Below, one piece after another: positions 9,959 to 20,875 of a stretch of 64,000 nucleotides of DNA. Under the pieces are notes generated by a model. That model was not told the DNA's origin. It ran no database searches and saw nothing but the letters and a program-made list of their open reading frames with translations. Position numbers and translations under genes: made by a program. Each line of letters starts with the position of its first letter. Position 1 is the stretch's first letter. Origin of the DNA: Methanotrichaceae archaeon (GTDB taxonomy: Archaea > Halobacteriota > Methanosarcinia > Methanotrichales > Methanotrichaceae); contig CAWEXU010000005.1 of NCBI GenBank assembly GCA_963813075.1, positions 1-64,000 of the forward strand. The letters run 5' to 3'.

Positions 9959-10640
9959 ATGATCAAATTTCATCTGCCACTGTTGATCTTGATCTTCTTG
10001 ATGGGAACGGCAGACTCCCAGATGGGGGGAGAATCGAGCGGCTATATCAGCACCGGCATCTTTGGCCAGGTGGTCGATTCATATGGCATAGGCATATCCG
10101 GGGCCAAGATCTGGATAATCGATGGCAACGGCCGGGCTATAGAGACCGCCAGCAATGCCACCGGCGGCTATAGCATGATCCTGGTCCCTGGCAGCTACAG
10201 CATAACCGCAGAGCTTTCCGGTTACAGCTTCACCTCGGCAACTGTGCAGGTGCAGACGAATTTCTTCTCCACGGCACCAAAAATCATTGGCTACTGGTCG
10301 GGCGCTGCTCCCCAGGCCACCGTATCGCCTGCCATTGGACAGTATGATGGACCGCAGTATTATGGAGGAGCTACGGGATGGCTCCAGGGCAGAGTGGCGG
10401 ATCAGACGGGCGCTGGCGTTCCCTTTGCTGCCCTGAACGTCGACGGCTGGAGGACGGCATATACCACCGACGAGCAGGGCAACTACCGCCTGGAGCTCTC
10501 GCCGGGAATGCACATTATCGATCCATTCAAGTCCGGCTATGGAATTCCGCCCCAGAGCAGCGTTCGTGGCCTCCGGGGAGACCACAAATCTGGATTTCAT
10601 CGCCAAAGGGGTGGTAGCCCTGGGGAGAGGGAGAATGTGA
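9959..10640 (+). CDS. Secreted protein with two carboxypeptidase-regulatory-like (prealbumin-fold) domains; frameshift near 10552
   Basis: IFGQVVDSYGIGISGAKI and LQGRVADQTGAGVPFAAL repeats; the domain completes in another frame (PRAAFVASGETTNLDFIAKGVVALGRGRM*, stop 10638-10640). Confidence 0.7.
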
Positions 10641-10826
10641 CTGAAAATCAGGGGCTTTGCCCGCACCATCTCCCTTTTTTGTCGATTATTGCAAGGGCAT
10701 TTTCTGTCAAGACTATCCGCTGGGCCCTGTGCCTGGCACTCTTTACTATTACCATAGGATCGCTGACTCGTCTCGCCTCAGCTATGATTCTGTGACCGTG
10801 AATCGAGTCGCCGACATCGTAGCCCT

Positions 10827-11057
10827 TCATTTTACTGTCTTTATCTTGCCATCCTTTTCCAGGTCATCCATGATCTTGCATACCAGCTCATAATCCAGCT
10901 GCAGGTCGGTGCTGGCATCAGATGCATATGCCTCGCCCTTCGTCTGAAAATACCCGGCAACTTCCACTTTAGCGGTCTCATAGTCTACATCACGGTATTC
11001 GATGACCTTGACTGCAGCAAGCTTTTCCCGGACAGCATCGCGAATGAAGTAATTCAT
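10827..11057 (-). CDS. Small ribbon-helix-helix/winged-helix protein, apparently N-terminally truncated
   Basis: Begins at FIRDAVREKL (second helix of an RHH motif); C-terminal AYASDASTDLQLDYELVCKIMDDLEKDGKI wHTH-like segment. Confidence 0.55.
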   Translation of the reverse strand: MNYFIRDAVREKLAAVKVIEYRDVDYETAKVEVAGYFQTKGEAYASDASTDLQLDYELVCKIMDDLEKDGKIKTVK

Positions 11058-11126
11058 AGTTTTATCATTTTATGTGCTGCAATACAATTTAATTTATTCA
11101 AAACTAATAAAATGAAGAAAGGGGGA

Positions 11127-12629
11127 TCAGAGGAACCTGATCCCTTTGGGCATCTCACCGAAACGCCGGCGGAACTCCTCCGGCCAGTTGGATGGATCCA
11201 GCCCCTTCTGGCTGAGGAAGGCACTGGCCCAGCGCTCCAGACCCACTCCGCTGCACCCGGACCACAGAGGATCGCCGCTCTGCGCTTTCACTGTGAATCC
11301 TTTGGGGTACTTCTCCCCGTTCACGGACAGATTCTGAAACTCTATCCAGTTTTCGTTGTAAGGCAGGATGGCCTCATAGTCCACCGTGCCCGCTCCGGTC
11401 ATCTCTGATAGGCCGGTCTTGCCCTCCTGGGCCATGAACCAGGGGGTGACCCAGGCCGTCCTCCAGGTGAGCTCTAAGATATCCTCGAAGATGTGCTTGT
11501 AGCAGCCCTTCAGCTTCTCCGCCTCCTCCAGGGTATGCTCTTGTGTCCCCAGCCAGACGATCTCTATCCGGTGGAACTCGTCCACCCTCTCGATGCCATG
11601 AATCCCGCCGGACTCATAGCGGTGGCTGGTGCCGGACCGGTCGAAGACCTTCAGGGGCAGCTCGCCGCCCGGAAGGGTCATCCCCTGCAGGAATCCCCAG
11701 AAGGTGGGGCACTGGGCATAGCACATCCCTCCGATGGGCAGGTCGATCTTCTCTTTGACCAGCTCCAGGGGAACCTCATGGGTGACCTTGTAGTAGTCCA
11801 TGACCTCCTCCCAGAAGGCCGGATCGCGGGTCTTGGGCGGGCAGACAAAGTAGATCTCCGGATAGACCCCCTGGGCGTGTCCGCTCTTCTTCCACACGTC
11901 CCAGGTGTCCAGCTTTGGAAATATCATCTCCTGGTAGCCTAAAGGCCGGATTATCTCCTCTAAGACGATGGCCTCGAAGGTGCGGAAAAGATGGGTAGCC
12001 TGCGGCCCGTAGATCCACTGCCCCCGGGCAGAGCCGTGCTTGATCCAGCCCGCCTTTTGCATCTCTTCCGTGGGATCACCATTGAACTTGGGCTCTCGCT
12101 TCTCGCTCTCCCAGAGAAGCTCCCAGTGCTCGGTCTTCCCTCCGTAGCCCTTCTCCAGCTTCTCTTCCAGGAGGCTTATGATCCGGTCGGGAATGCGGTT
12201 CTCGATCTCCGACTGGCCTAAAGTGCCGCCCTCGCCTACATCTAAAATAAGAAGCAGCCGTCCTCCCTCCTGTCTCATCTCCCGCACATAGGGGATGCGG
12301 TGGGCAATCTTTTCGTCGGACTCGACCTCGATCTCAAAAGCGTTTACATCCATCCCCCGCACGCCAATTCTGTACTGTTTTCCCAGCAGCTCAGAGAGTG
12401 GTCGGCGCAGCCTGAGCAGGGCATCATGAGCCCGAACATATCGATCGCTGTCGATTACCAGATCGAGTCTGTTTCCGGCCAGCTGCCAGGCGGTGACACG
12501 TGCCCCCTGGCCCTCGGGAGCGCCCTTCTCCAGCATCGGTCCGGCATCTCTTATGAAATCGGAAATGGCTTTCTCGGCAGCGCCCGCATCAGCGCTCAGC
12601 CGAAGGCTTGCCTCTAAATGAAATCTCAT
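11127..12629 (-). CDS. serS: Seryl-tRNA synthetase, methanogen type
   Basis: [16 protein letters not shown]-domain, [42 protein letters not shown]. Confidence 0.95.
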   Translation of the reverse strand: MRFHLEASLRLSADAGAAEKAISDFIRDAGPMLEKGAPEGQGARVTAWQLAGNRLDLVIDSDRYVRAHDALLRLRRPLSELLGKQYRIGVRGMDVNAFEIEVESDEKIAHRIPYVREMRQEGGRLLLILDVGEGGTLGQSEIENRIPDRIISLLEEKLEKGYGGKTEHWELLWESEKREPKFNGDPTEEMQKAGWIKHGSARGQWIYGPQATHLFRTFEAIVLEEIIRPLGYQEMIFPKLDTWDVWKKSGHAQGVYPEIYFVCPPKTRDPAFWEEVMDYYKVTHEVPLELVKEKIDLPIGGMCYAQCPTFWGFLQGMTLPGGELPLKVFDRSGTSHRYESGGIHGIERVDEFHRIEIVWLGTQEHTLEEAEKLKGCYKHIFEDILELTWRTAWVTPWFMAQEGKTGLSEMTGAGTVDYEAILPYNENWIEFQNLSVNGEKYPKGFTVKAQSGDPLWSGCSGVGLERWASAFLSQKGLDPSNWPEEFRRRFGEMPKGIRFL

Positions 12630-12856
12630 CTATCCTCCGCAACAGATAGCGTCTCTTTTGCTATTTTAATGTTCATCAATAGGTCATCCATAGTGGTGAG
12701 CAGAGTGCCGGGCTTTTGGATCGAGAACTGCAGGGAAAGGCAGCCCTCATCGACCTTAAGGCTCATATTGGGCAGGTTGTCCGGCTCAATTGATCTGCCG
12801 ACCTTCTCCATATCCTCTCCCCCCTCTGCCAAGAGGACCAGCCGGGCGTGAATCAT
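12626..12856 (-). CDS. pcc1: KEOPS complex subunit Pcc1
   Basis: SIEPDN and [16 protein letters not shown] motifs; conserved position in the rps15-DHH-pcc1-serS operon. Confidence 0.85.
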   Translation of the reverse strand: MIHARLVLLAEGGEDMEKVGRSIEPDNLPNMSLKVDEGCLSLQFSIQKPGTLLTTMDDLLMNIKIAKETLSVAEDR

Positions 12857-14175
12857 GCCTCGTCCGCAGCCTGCGGGCCGGAGGCATCAGCCCCACCATT
12901 CAGCTGCTCATCCAGGATCTGGTCTAGCAGGGCCAGGAACTCGTCCTCCCTGCCCGGAGGTATGGAGGCCCCGCTAGCTATGGTATGGCCCCCGCCGTTT
13001 CCTCCCATCGCCTCCGCCGCCCTTCGCAGGGCTACGGACAGGTCCAGCCCGCGGGCGATGAGGGGCTTGTTTCCCCGGGCGGATATCTTGACCATATCAT
13101 CCTTATGATTCAGTGTCACCAGGGGCAGGTCGGTGTAAAGATACCGAATCCCCAGGCCCGAGACGATCGCCCCTGCCTCCATATTCTCCCTTTTCAGGTA
13201 GCGCAGGCTCTTCATCTTTTGGCTCTGCTCTCGAAGGAGGTTAATCTCTCGCCGGATGTGGTCTTTGTACTCATCCGCCATTCTTTCCGCCTCGACGAGG
13301 GCGCCCTGATCCCGCAGGCATAGGGTGAGACCTACGCCGGGAAGATCTCGATTGCCGCAGGCATTGAGCAGCTGCACCATATGCAGGGAGTTTTCCACCA
13401 CCTCATGGCGGAGGCGGATAACCTCTCCTAAAATCGAATCGGCAGCAAAGCTGCCCTGGATGATCAGCTTCAGAGTTAAAGCGGTGGCCAGCCTGGTCAG
13501 ATCATCTCCTGCCAGTGACTCAGAATTGCCCTTTATATTCAGACCATCCAGGAACTTCTTTATCTTCTCCCGGTCGCCGGTGAAGTCCAAGAGCGGCTCT
13601 ATGCTCCTTTCCAGGACCTCCTCTACCGGTCCGTCCTCTGAGAGCTTCAGCCCGGCCCTTATCTGCACAGCACCGCTGGCCACCGCTTCATCCAGGATGG
13701 ATCGGTTCGCGCCGATCATGGCCTGGCGGTCGCCCATCGCTCCCACCAGGGCGAGGCCTGCCAGATCGGCATTCTCGCCCATATGGCGGACTACAGAATA
13801 TACAGCGCCCGCGGCAGATAGCTCAAATGCCCCATCTATTCCGAAGAGATGGGGGTTCAGGTGCATACAGTCCAGTGTTCCCACCGGCCGGTGATGATCC
13901 AAAACAAAGCATTCGCCCTCAACCCGGGAGATCAGATCCGGCTTTCCACTTCCCATATCGCAGAAGACCACCGGACCGGTCAGGCCGTCGATGACCGACC
14001 GGTCCAGCCGGTTGACAAGTGTGGCCTGGAAGGGAATTCCCGCGCGCAAAAGAGCATGGCAGATCAGCCCAGCTGATGTGATGCCATCGGCATCGTTGTG
14101 GGAGATCACCCGCATGTGCTCGCAATGCAGTATCGACCGGGCTATGGCTTCTGCTGCTTTGTCCAGCCGCTTCAT
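12853..14175 (-). CDS. DHH/DHHA1 phosphoesterase (RecJ-like)
   Basis: SHNDADGITS, FCDMGS, LDHH, GGGHTIASGA motifs. Confidence 0.9.
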   Translation of the reverse strand: MKRLDKAAEAIARSILHCEHMRVISHNDADGITSAGLICHALLRAGIPFQATLVNRLDRSVIDGLTGPVVFCDMGSGKPDLISRVEGECFVLDHHRPVGTLDCMHLNPHLFGIDGAFELSAAGAVYSVVRHMGENADLAGLALVGAMGDRQAMIGANRSILDEAVASGAVQIRAGLKLSEDGPVEEVLERSIEPLLDFTGDREKIKKFLDGLNIKGNSESLAGDDLTRLATALTLKLIIQGSFAADSILGEVIRLRHEVVENSLHMVQLLNACGNRDLPGVGLTLCLRDQGALVEAERMADEYKDHIRREINLLREQSQKMKSLRYLKRENMEAGAIVSGLGIRYLYTDLPLVTLNHKDDMVKISARGNKPLIARGLDLSVALRRAAEAMGGNGGGHTIASGASIPPGREDEFLALLDQILDEQLNGGADASGPQAADEA

Positions 14176-14627
14176 GAGATGAGAATTTCAGCGGTCTCGG
14201 GCGAATAGGTCCATTCCGGAGCCAGACGCCCGGAGTCGTGATAGTATTTCACCATTCTTCTTATCTTGTTCTCCGTGAGCTGTAGAGCCCTCTTATTATG
14301 AACGTCTTTCTTATTGGACTTGATGTGTTTTCTCACATGGAGCGCTTTTCTCATCAGATTTGTCAGGTCCTCTGGAATGTCACCCAGAGCGTTGTTGTCC
14401 TTCAGGAAGCCGGTTATGCTATTTCCGATTACCAGCTTGGCGTTTGGCACTCCGTACTGATCTCTCAGAGTGAGGCCAATACGGCTGGGGGAAATGCCTG
14501 TATCGTGCAGCTTCATGATTGTCTTTTCCAGCTCCTCTTTGGACACATCAGACCACTCTGGCGCTTTGGTCACCATGGGCGGTCGGGACCGAGAAGAGCC
14601 CCCTTTTCGGCTATGCAATTTTGCCAT
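14172..14627 (-). CDS. rps15: 30S ribosomal protein S15 (uS15, archaeal S13e-like)
   Basis: MAKLHSRKGGSSRSRPP, IGLTLRDQYGVP, IPEDLTNL, KIRRMVKYY. Confidence 0.96.
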   Translation of the reverse strand: MAKLHSRKGGSSRSRPPMVTKAPEWSDVSKEELEKTIMKLHDTGISPSRIGLTLRDQYGVPNAKLVIGNSITGFLKDNNALGDIPEDLTNLMRKALHVRKHIKSNKKDVHNKRALQLTENKIRRMVKYYHDSGRLAPEWTYSPETAEILIS

Positions 14628-14761
14628 CTTTCAATCCTCGTTAAATCTCATAATGGCGAAGGTATAGTGCTCACTGTCAGGTGAGATAAAAAACTTGCGC
14701 CGCTTTTCCATAGGCTCGCCCTGGTAGCAGGTTTATAAGCCAGGGGTTTGAAGACTAGATC

Positions 14762-15481
14762 ATGCTTCCGGAGTACTTAAACCAGCTGTTCTATCTCATC
14801 GGCCAGGCGGTGGTCTTTCTCGTCGCAGCCATCCTGATTTTTTCCATCCTGGTAGCTCTGCTCATCCTATACTCTTTCAAGACAGGCAACTTCTTCGCCG
14901 CCAGATACATGCTTTTGGGGATCATGCTCCTGGAGGAAGTGATAAAAGCACTCTTCTGGGTGGCCAGAGCCGATGACTCTATGGTGGATGATGTTGGCGT
15001 ACGCCTGCGAAACTATATTAACACCAAAAAATTTTTGAACACCCCTTACGAGAAGCGCTTCATCTTCATGCCTCAGTGTCTGCGGAGCGTCCAGTGCCCC
15101 GCCAAGCTCACCCCAGAGGGAATTATATGTGTGAACTGTGGCCGGTGCGGCATTGGCGAGGCCAAGAAATATGCGGAAAGCCTGGGCTACAATTTCTTCG
15201 TTGTCCCTGGCTCCAGCTTCATAAAGAGGATCATAAAAAAATATCGACCAGGGGCAATTGTGGGTGTGGGATGCCATATGGAGATAAAAGAGGGCCTGGA
15301 TCTATGCCACAGCCACGGCATACCGGCCAGGGGAGTGCCTCTATTAACATCCGGTTGCGTTGCCACCACCATTGACTGGAATACCTTTTATGAGGCCATA
15401 TGCCGAAGAGCCATCGGCGAAAAAGGACTATCCTCAGGCGAATGCAGGGAATTGATATCCAGAAGCGGTAAGAATAGCTAA
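14762..15481 (+). CDS. DUF116 family membrane protein
   Basis: PQCLRSVQCPA, CVNCGRCGIG, VPGSSF, GVGCHMEI, GVPLLTSGC. Confidence 0.85.
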   Translation: MLPEYLNQLFYLIGQAVVFLVAAILIFSILVALLILYSFKTGNFFAARYMLLGIMLLEEVIKALFWVARADDSMVDDVGVRLRNYINTKKFLNTPYEKRFIFMPQCLRSVQCPAKLTPEGIICVNCGRCGIGEAKKYAESLGYNFFVVPGSSFIKRIIKKYRPGAIVGVGCHMEIKEGLDLCHSHGIPARGVPLLTSGCVATTIDWNTFYEAICRRAIGEKGLSSGECRELISRSGKNS

Positions 15482-15502
15482 AAAAATGTGATGAAGGTGC
15501 AC

Positions 15503-15679
15503 TCACTCCATGCTGATGGCTTCAGATGGGCAAGCCTCAACGCATGTCTTGCACTCAGTGCACTTTTCCTTATTTACGACTGCTATTTCCTCGTCGTCCA
15601 GGCTGATGGCCTCCTCCGGGCACTCCTCGACGCAGGTTCCACAGCTTACACATTCTTCTCTATTAACAACTGCGGGCAT
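15503..15679 (-). CDS. 2x[4Fe-4S] ferredoxin
   Basis: Two CxxCxxCxxxCP motifs; ATG at 15679 with GGAGG upstream. Confidence 0.93.
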   Translation of the reverse strand: MPAVVNREECVSCGTCVEECPEEAISLDDEEIAVVNKEKCTECKTCVEACPSEAISME

Positions 15680-15750
15680 TATTGAGTCCTCCAATTTGCC
15701 TCAAAGGCAAATCCACCTGCATGTATATCTGATATATACCTTTCGCAAAC

Positions 15751-18027
15751 TTACGCCAGTTCATTGTATTTTTTCCTGTCTTTAAGCTCCTGCCTCTTGG
15801 CGCTGTTCCATCCGCTGACTGCCTGCAGGTAGCCGGTGATCCGGCTGATGTGATCCACATTCTCCGATCCGCAGTTGGGGCACTTATCCTCCAGCCCGCC
15901 CGAGACCTGGGAGCAGCCCAGGCACACCGTCATATCCTTGGTGAAGGTAAAGTAGCCGATCTGGGTCTCTCTTGCCAGGCGCAGGCCGAAGTCCATCAGG
16001 CCCTGGGGGTCTGGAGTGGCCTCGCCCAGGAAGATGTGGAAGATATTGCCGCCATCGACTATGGGGAAGAAGACATGCTCTAGCTTTGCCCGCTCGAAGA
16101 TGGTGACATCCGCGTTGGAGGGCAGGTGGGTGCCGTTGGTGTAGTAGACGGGAAGGTCGCGCGTCTTATGCAGATTCCTCTTCACCGCTTCCAGGTCGCC
16201 CTTAACCACCCTTTCGGCACAATCCCTGAACTCCTCGTGGATGAGGTCGGATACGGCAAAGCGCTGAGCCGTGGTCTCGGCGGGGGTGCGCGCAAGAGCA
16301 ATGGTCATGCCATGCTGCTCTGAGAGCTTCTGGGCATAGATCTCCATCTCGGTCATGGCCCTGACCGCCAGCTTCCAGGCCTCTCTTGATTCATGCATCT
16401 GCTTTCCGGTATGGAACTGCACCATCTCATTGACTCCTACGACGCCAATGGTGTAGACCAGGGCATCCAGGCCAACGGCGACGGAGCCCATCTCGCCGGT
16501 GATGGGGTCCCTGGGCTGCTGGGTGGCAAATGGCATGCGGTGGTTGTTGATGATCTGGTTCATCCACTGCCGCTTCACCTTGAATATCTCAACCGATGTA
16601 TCCATCAATTCCCGCAGGTACTCGAAGAGGAGGTCGTCATCCCCCCGGGCGAGATAAGCGGCCCGAGGGCAGTTGAGGGAGACGACCTGCCAGGAGCCCA
16701 TGGAGAAGTGCTTGCCATCCCGGAAGCGGAGTTTGTCATCGAACTGATCATCGCTACTGAACGTGGCAGCAAACTGATATGCGCAGCACTGGTAGCATGA
16801 TATCCCCTCTCCTGCACCCCGGTAGGCAGGAAGCTGGTTGTCAAAGTATGGGGTGCCAAACTCTGCAGCGAGCTTGAATGTCAAGAGGTATAGCTCCTGA
16901 TAGGTGGGAAGGTCGGGATGAGCGGCATTGAACGTTTCGTCCTCCTTCATGAAATCAGGCTCAATGCTGATCTCGGGCTTGGGGAAGTTGAAGGGCTTGC
17001 CCCAGTAGTCACCCTCTAGCATAACCTCCATCAGGGCCTTGAAGGCCAGGCGCACCTCGCGCTCGAACTGGCCATAGGTCTTGAGCGGCGCGTCGGGAGC
17101 CGAGCCGTCCCAGACCCTTCCCGCATAGACCGCAGGCTTGTCCCGCCAGAGCTTGGGGACGCCCGGGGTGAGCTGCACCGAGGAGAAGACCAGCTGGCCG
17201 CCGCGAGCGACCATCATCTGGGTCATCTCATAGACGAACATCTGCATGAGCTGCACGATCTCATCATAGTTACGGCTCTCGAAGTACGGGGCGATGAAGG
17301 TGAGGAAGTTATAGAAGCCCTGTCCGCCGGCGAAGTTGGTCTGGGCGCTGCCCAGGGCCTTGACCGCATGCAATATGGCCACCTCCGGCTTTTTGGCCGG
17401 GCCGGCAACGCTGGCTTTGGTGCCCAGGCCGTCGGGCATCAGGCCGTAGTAGAGGAAGTAGCGCAGATCCCAGTCCTGGCAAAACGGCCTGGTCCCGAAG
17501 TACTCCAGGTCATGGATATGCAGGTCTCCTGCCAGGTGGCGGTCGGCGAGGTATGGAGGCAAAAGCAATAGGTACTGCTCCTTGCTTATTTTGTCCGCCT
17601 TCTTCTTGTGGCTGGTCTCGGCGTTCTCCTGCAGGTTGGCGTTCTCCTTGGACTCAAAGCCTGTGCCGATGTCGATGAGGTGGGCATCAAAGACCGGCGT
17701 TCCCACCCGGGTGCAGATGTTTCGCCACTCGGTATGGTGCCTCTCCAAGAGGATCACATTCATGATCTCCCTGACCAGGGGGCCGCTCAGGTAGCGGACG
17801 TTCATCCACCTGACCCGGCGTTCAACCTCCTTGGCGATGTCTTCTGCCTCCTCTTCGGTTATGCCCGGTTCTTTATAGAATTGTTCTGATAGTTTGGTCT
17901 CTTTCAAGAGCTGCTTGGCTATAGCCTCTCTATCCCAGTCCAGCAGATGGCCGTCTGTGGTCCTGACTCTGGGCATAGACGAAACAGCCAGCCCTTCCAG
18001 GGTCTGTTGAACGATTCTGCTGCTCAA
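15751..18027 (-). CDS. nrdD: Anaerobic (class III) ribonucleoside-triphosphate reductase with N-terminal ATP-cone-like region
   Basis: HIHDLEY, FNFPK, TPAETTAQRFA, YYTNG, CxxC...CxxC, glycyl-radical motif SRITGYL. Confidence 0.95.
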   Translation of the reverse strand: MSSRIVQQTLEGLAVSSMPRVRTTDGHLLDWDREAIAKQLLKETKLSEQFYKEPGITEEEAEDIAKEVERRVRWMNVRYLSGPLVREIMNVILLERHHTEWRNICTRVGTPVFDAHLIDIGTGFESKENANLQENAETSHKKKADKISKEQYLLLLPPYLADRHLAGDLHIHDLEYFGTRPFCQDWDLRYFLYYGLMPDGLGTKASVAGPAKKPEVAILHAVKALGSAQTNFAGGQGFYNFLTFIAPYFESRNYDEIVQLMQMFVYEMTQMMVARGGQLVFSSVQLTPGVPKLWRDKPAVYAGRVWDGSAPDAPLKTYGQFEREVRLAFKALMEVMLEGDYWGKPFNFPKPEISIEPDFMKEDETFNAAHPDLPTYQELYLLTFKLAAEFGTPYFDNQLPAYRGAGEGISCYQCCAYQFAATFSSDDQFDDKLRFRDGKHFSMGSWQVVSLNCPRAAYLARGDDDLLFEYLRELMDTSVEIFKVKRQWMNQIINNHRMPFATQQPRDPITGEMGSVAVGLDALVYTIGVVGVNEMVQFHTGKQMHESREAWKLAVRAMTEMEIYAQKLSEQHGMTIALARTPAETTAQRFAVSDLIHEEFRDCAERVVKGDLEAVKRNLHKTRDLPVYYTNGTHLPSNADVTIFERAKLEHVFFPIVDGGNIFHIFLGEATPDPQGLMDFGLRLARETQIGYFTFTKDMTVCLGCSQVSGGLEDKCPNCGSENVDHISRITGYLQAVSGWNSAKRQELKDRKKYNELA

Positions 18028-18445
18028 CGCCCATCCCCTCTACAACAAAGCAACATTATGCCTCCTCTCGACGATCGATCCATTAGACCAGTATTTCCAA
18101 TCGAGTTTATTCCTTTTGCGCTCCAAACCGCCAGGAAATTTTTTAGCAAGTATGTCCCAACTCAGTTATAAAGTAAACGCTTGAGATTATCGGTGTGCCT
18201 GGATTATCAACCCGATCCTCGCAGGACGAAAGTGAGGGTAGGATCTCTTCCGTCATCGCGACAATCGGTCCAAGATGGTGAATTTACCCCTAAGCCCGCA
18301 ATTGGCCTGCCAAATATCTCCTTGCGCCCTGTGGGGGGACGCCGGGGAATTGTTCCGCGGCTCCTGTGGCCCAGTGGTCACCTGGCCGCCGGCCCACCAT
18401 CCACCGACATGTTTAAATGCAGTACTGCTCACCTGTTGGCTCGAA

Positions 18446-18518
18446 GGGCAGGTAGATCAGCTGGAAGATCGCTACCTTGGCATGGTAGAGGCCTCGGGTT
18501 CAAATCCCGACCTGTCCA
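18446..18518 (+). tRNA. tRNA-Ala(GGC)
   Basis: Acceptor GGGCAGG/CCTGTCC with G3:U70, anticodon arm CTACC-TTGGCAT-GGTAG, T arm GGTTCAAATCC; TTTAAAT box about 30 nt upstream. Confidence 0.96.
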
Positions 18519-18614
18519 TAAGGCAAAAATATCTTTTATGGCAGCAAACCTCTTTTATCTGTAAAGCAAACCTGTAAAATAACCGTCCTATTCCCAAAGA
18601 GTTCTGAGGCGAAG

Positions 18615-19280
18615 ATGTTCGATGTTACCCCGGCCGGCGAGGCACTATCCGGATCCATAGCCACCATTGCCGTGACCTTTTCCATAGGCCTGACCGTAGG
18701 CCTGACCGGGGCCATCGCCCCAGGACCGACGCTGCTGGCTACGGTCAACTCCTCCCTTAAGGACGGCTGGCTGGCCGGTCCCAAGGTTGCCGCCGGCCAT
18801 GCGCTGATAGAGATTGTGATATTTCTTTTAATCGTGAAAGGGCTGGCGGTGGCAATGCAAGAGTACTCCCACTCCATCGCCCTTATCGGAGGCCTGGCGC
18901 TGATCGCTTTTGGCATCCTGACCATGAAAGGGAGCAAGAGCGCCACCATGGCCTCTCCTGGGGATGGGTCTTATACCAATCCATATCTCGCGGGGATGCT
19001 CACCAGCGCGGCCAACCCCTACTTCTGGATCTGGTGGCTTTCGATAGGCAGTGCCATGGTCGTATCCGGTCTTGAGGCCGGCCTGCTGGTGGCGGCCATA
19101 TTTATGATCGGACACTGGAGTGCAGACTTTGGCTGGTATCTTCTAGTCTCCAGCAGCCTGGATCGGGGAAGGGGCCTGCTCTCCCAGGATAATTACAGAA
19201 GAATCCTGGGATTATGCGGAATCTTCCTGGTCTTGTTCGGCGTTTATTATCTGGGGAGCGGAATAGGAGGCGCTGGCTGA
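18615..19280 (+). CDS. LysE family translocator
   Basis: GAIAPGPT, AGHALIE, ANPYFWIWW motifs; hydrophobic. Confidence 0.9.
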   Translation: MFDVTPAGEALSGSIATIAVTFSIGLTVGLTGAIAPGPTLLATVNSSLKDGWLAGPKVAAGHALIEIVIFLLIVKGLAVAMQEYSHSIALIGGLALIAFGILTMKGSKSATMASPGDGSYTNPYLAGMLTSAANPYFWIWWLSIGSAMVVSGLEAGLLVAAIFMIGHWSADFGWYLLVSSSLDRGRGLLSQDNYRRILGLCGIFLVLFGVYYLGSGIGGAG

Positions 19281-19355
19281 GGATGCTTTCCGTTCCAGGG
19301 CCCGAAGGCGGCAGATGATAGGGCGGGACAGAGTCCAGCTTACCAGGATGGATCG

Positions 19356-20246
19356 ATGAGCACAAGAAAGGGAATTCTCGATCTCATTCAAAACACCACC
19401 CTGGTGCTCATACTCTCCGTTCTCTTCGGCCTGGTGCTCCCCGGCCCGGCAGTGGCGACAGAAGCCTGGGTCACCCCCGCGCTCATGGTCATGATGGCCT
19501 TCTCCCTGACCGAGTTCAACCTGAGCGGAAATATCAAATCAGCCGGCGACTTAAAGAGAAGCTTTCTTGGCCTGTTCTTGAACTACGGCCTTTTAAGCGG
19601 ACTCATACTGCTATTGAGCCACGGCCTAGAGGATGATGCTATCAGGCAGGGCTTTATCATTATGGCCGCGGTCCCTCCGGCAGTGGCCGTCCTGCCCATG
19701 ACCCGCATCCTGAATGGGGACATGAGACTCTCTTTTTCCGGGGAGATTCTCTCCTATCTGGCCTCGCTCCTGCTGATGCCTCTGATCATTTACCTATTCT
19801 TCCGCCAGGCAGGGATAAGCCCTCTTTATCTGCTCCAGATCTCCATCGTATTGATCCTCATCCCCGCTCTTGCCTCCAGGCTGGTGCGGCTCCTGCCGGT
19901 CAATCCCCTCCTTCCCATAAACCTGGGCTTCTTCCTGGTCACATATACGGTGATCGGCCTGAACCAGGGGGCACTCTGGTCGGATGGAGGGAGCGTGGTC
20001 TGGATATCCTTTGCCCGCACCTTCGCCGTGGGATTGGTGGTATACGTCCTGGCCCGATCCGCCGGCCTGGATAAAGAGCATTCCATCTCTTTTACCCTTC
20101 TGGGCTCCTTCAAGAACCTGGGGCTGGCGGCAGCGGTATCTCTGCTGCTCTTCGGTCCGGCGGCAGGGCTCCCTGCGGCATTCTGTGTAATCGCTGAGAC
20201 CGCTTTTTTCATCTTTCTCTCCTTCGCAAGATCACGGTATCCTTAA
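19356..20246 (+). CDS. Bile acid:sodium symporter family transporter
   Basis: Multi-TM protein with AAVPPAVAV and SFKNLGLA motifs. Confidence 0.8.
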   Translation: MSTRKGILDLIQNTTLVLILSVLFGLVLPGPAVATEAWVTPALMVMMAFSLTEFNLSGNIKSAGDLKRSFLGLFLNYGLLSGLILLLSHGLEDDAIRQGFIIMAAVPPAVAVLPMTRILNGDMRLSFSGEILSYLASLLLMPLIIYLFFRQAGISPLYLLQISIVLILIPALASRLVRLLPVNPLLPINLGFFLVTYTVIGLNQGALWSDGGSVVWISFARTFAVGLVVYVLARSAGLDKEHSISFTLLGSFKNLGLAAAVSLLLFGPAAGLPAAFCVIAETAFFIFLSFARSRYP

Positions 20247-20269
20247 ATAAGGTAAAAAAGGGTGATCTG

Positions 20270-20875
20270 ATGGGAGATACCTTGTCAATAAAGGATGATG
20301 CTGCCTATCTGAGGTCGATTTACCTCTATATCGCCATCTCAGTATTCCTCTTTGCTTTAACTGCCGTCATGGGCTATTATACCGCCCAGCTTGACCCGGA
20401 GTTCGCTGCCGGCTGGACAGAGCAGCTGGAGATGGAGGAGATGCTGGCCTGGATCCTGGAGCAGCCACCACTTATGATAATGATGATCATATTCCTCAAA
20501 AACCTCCTCGCTTCTGCCACCGCTATGCTCCTGGGATTGGGGCTGGGGATCGTTCCCATGATGGTCGCCACCAGCAACGGCTTTCTCCTGGGGATAGTCG
20601 GCTATAGCGCGGTTGAACAGAAGGGATGGCCTTTCCTGGCGGCAGGGATCCTGCCTCATGGCATCATCGAGCTTCCAGCCGTCCTCTTGAGCATAGCCAT
20701 AGGCTTGCGGCTGGGCCATCAGCTCGCCCTCTCCCTGTTGAAAGAGAATTCGGACCTCTCGGGAGAGATGCGCGTGGCAATTCATTTCCTCATTCGCTGG
20801 ATCGTGCCCCTGCTCTTTTTGGCCGCGGCCATTGAAACTTTTATCACCCCCTTAATCATATCGAGGGTCACATGA
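20270..20875 (+). CDS. SpoIIM (DUF95) family membrane protein
   Basis: [32 protein letters not shown] motifs. Confidence 0.9.
   Translation: MGDTLSIKDDAAYLRSIYLYIAISVFLFALTAVMGYYTAQLDPEFAAGWTEQLEMEEMLAWILEQPPLMIMMIIFLKNLLASATAMLLGLGLGIVPMMVATSNGFLLGIVGYSAVEQKGWPFLAAGILPHGIIELPAVLLSIAIGLRLGHQLALSLLKENSDLSGEMRVAIHFLIRWIVPLLFLAAAIETFITPLIISRVT

Noticed and set aside
18205..18245. Hammerhead-like TCCT-CGC-AGGAC-GAAA stem
   Set aside because: No CUGANGA core upstream and no convincing stems I/III
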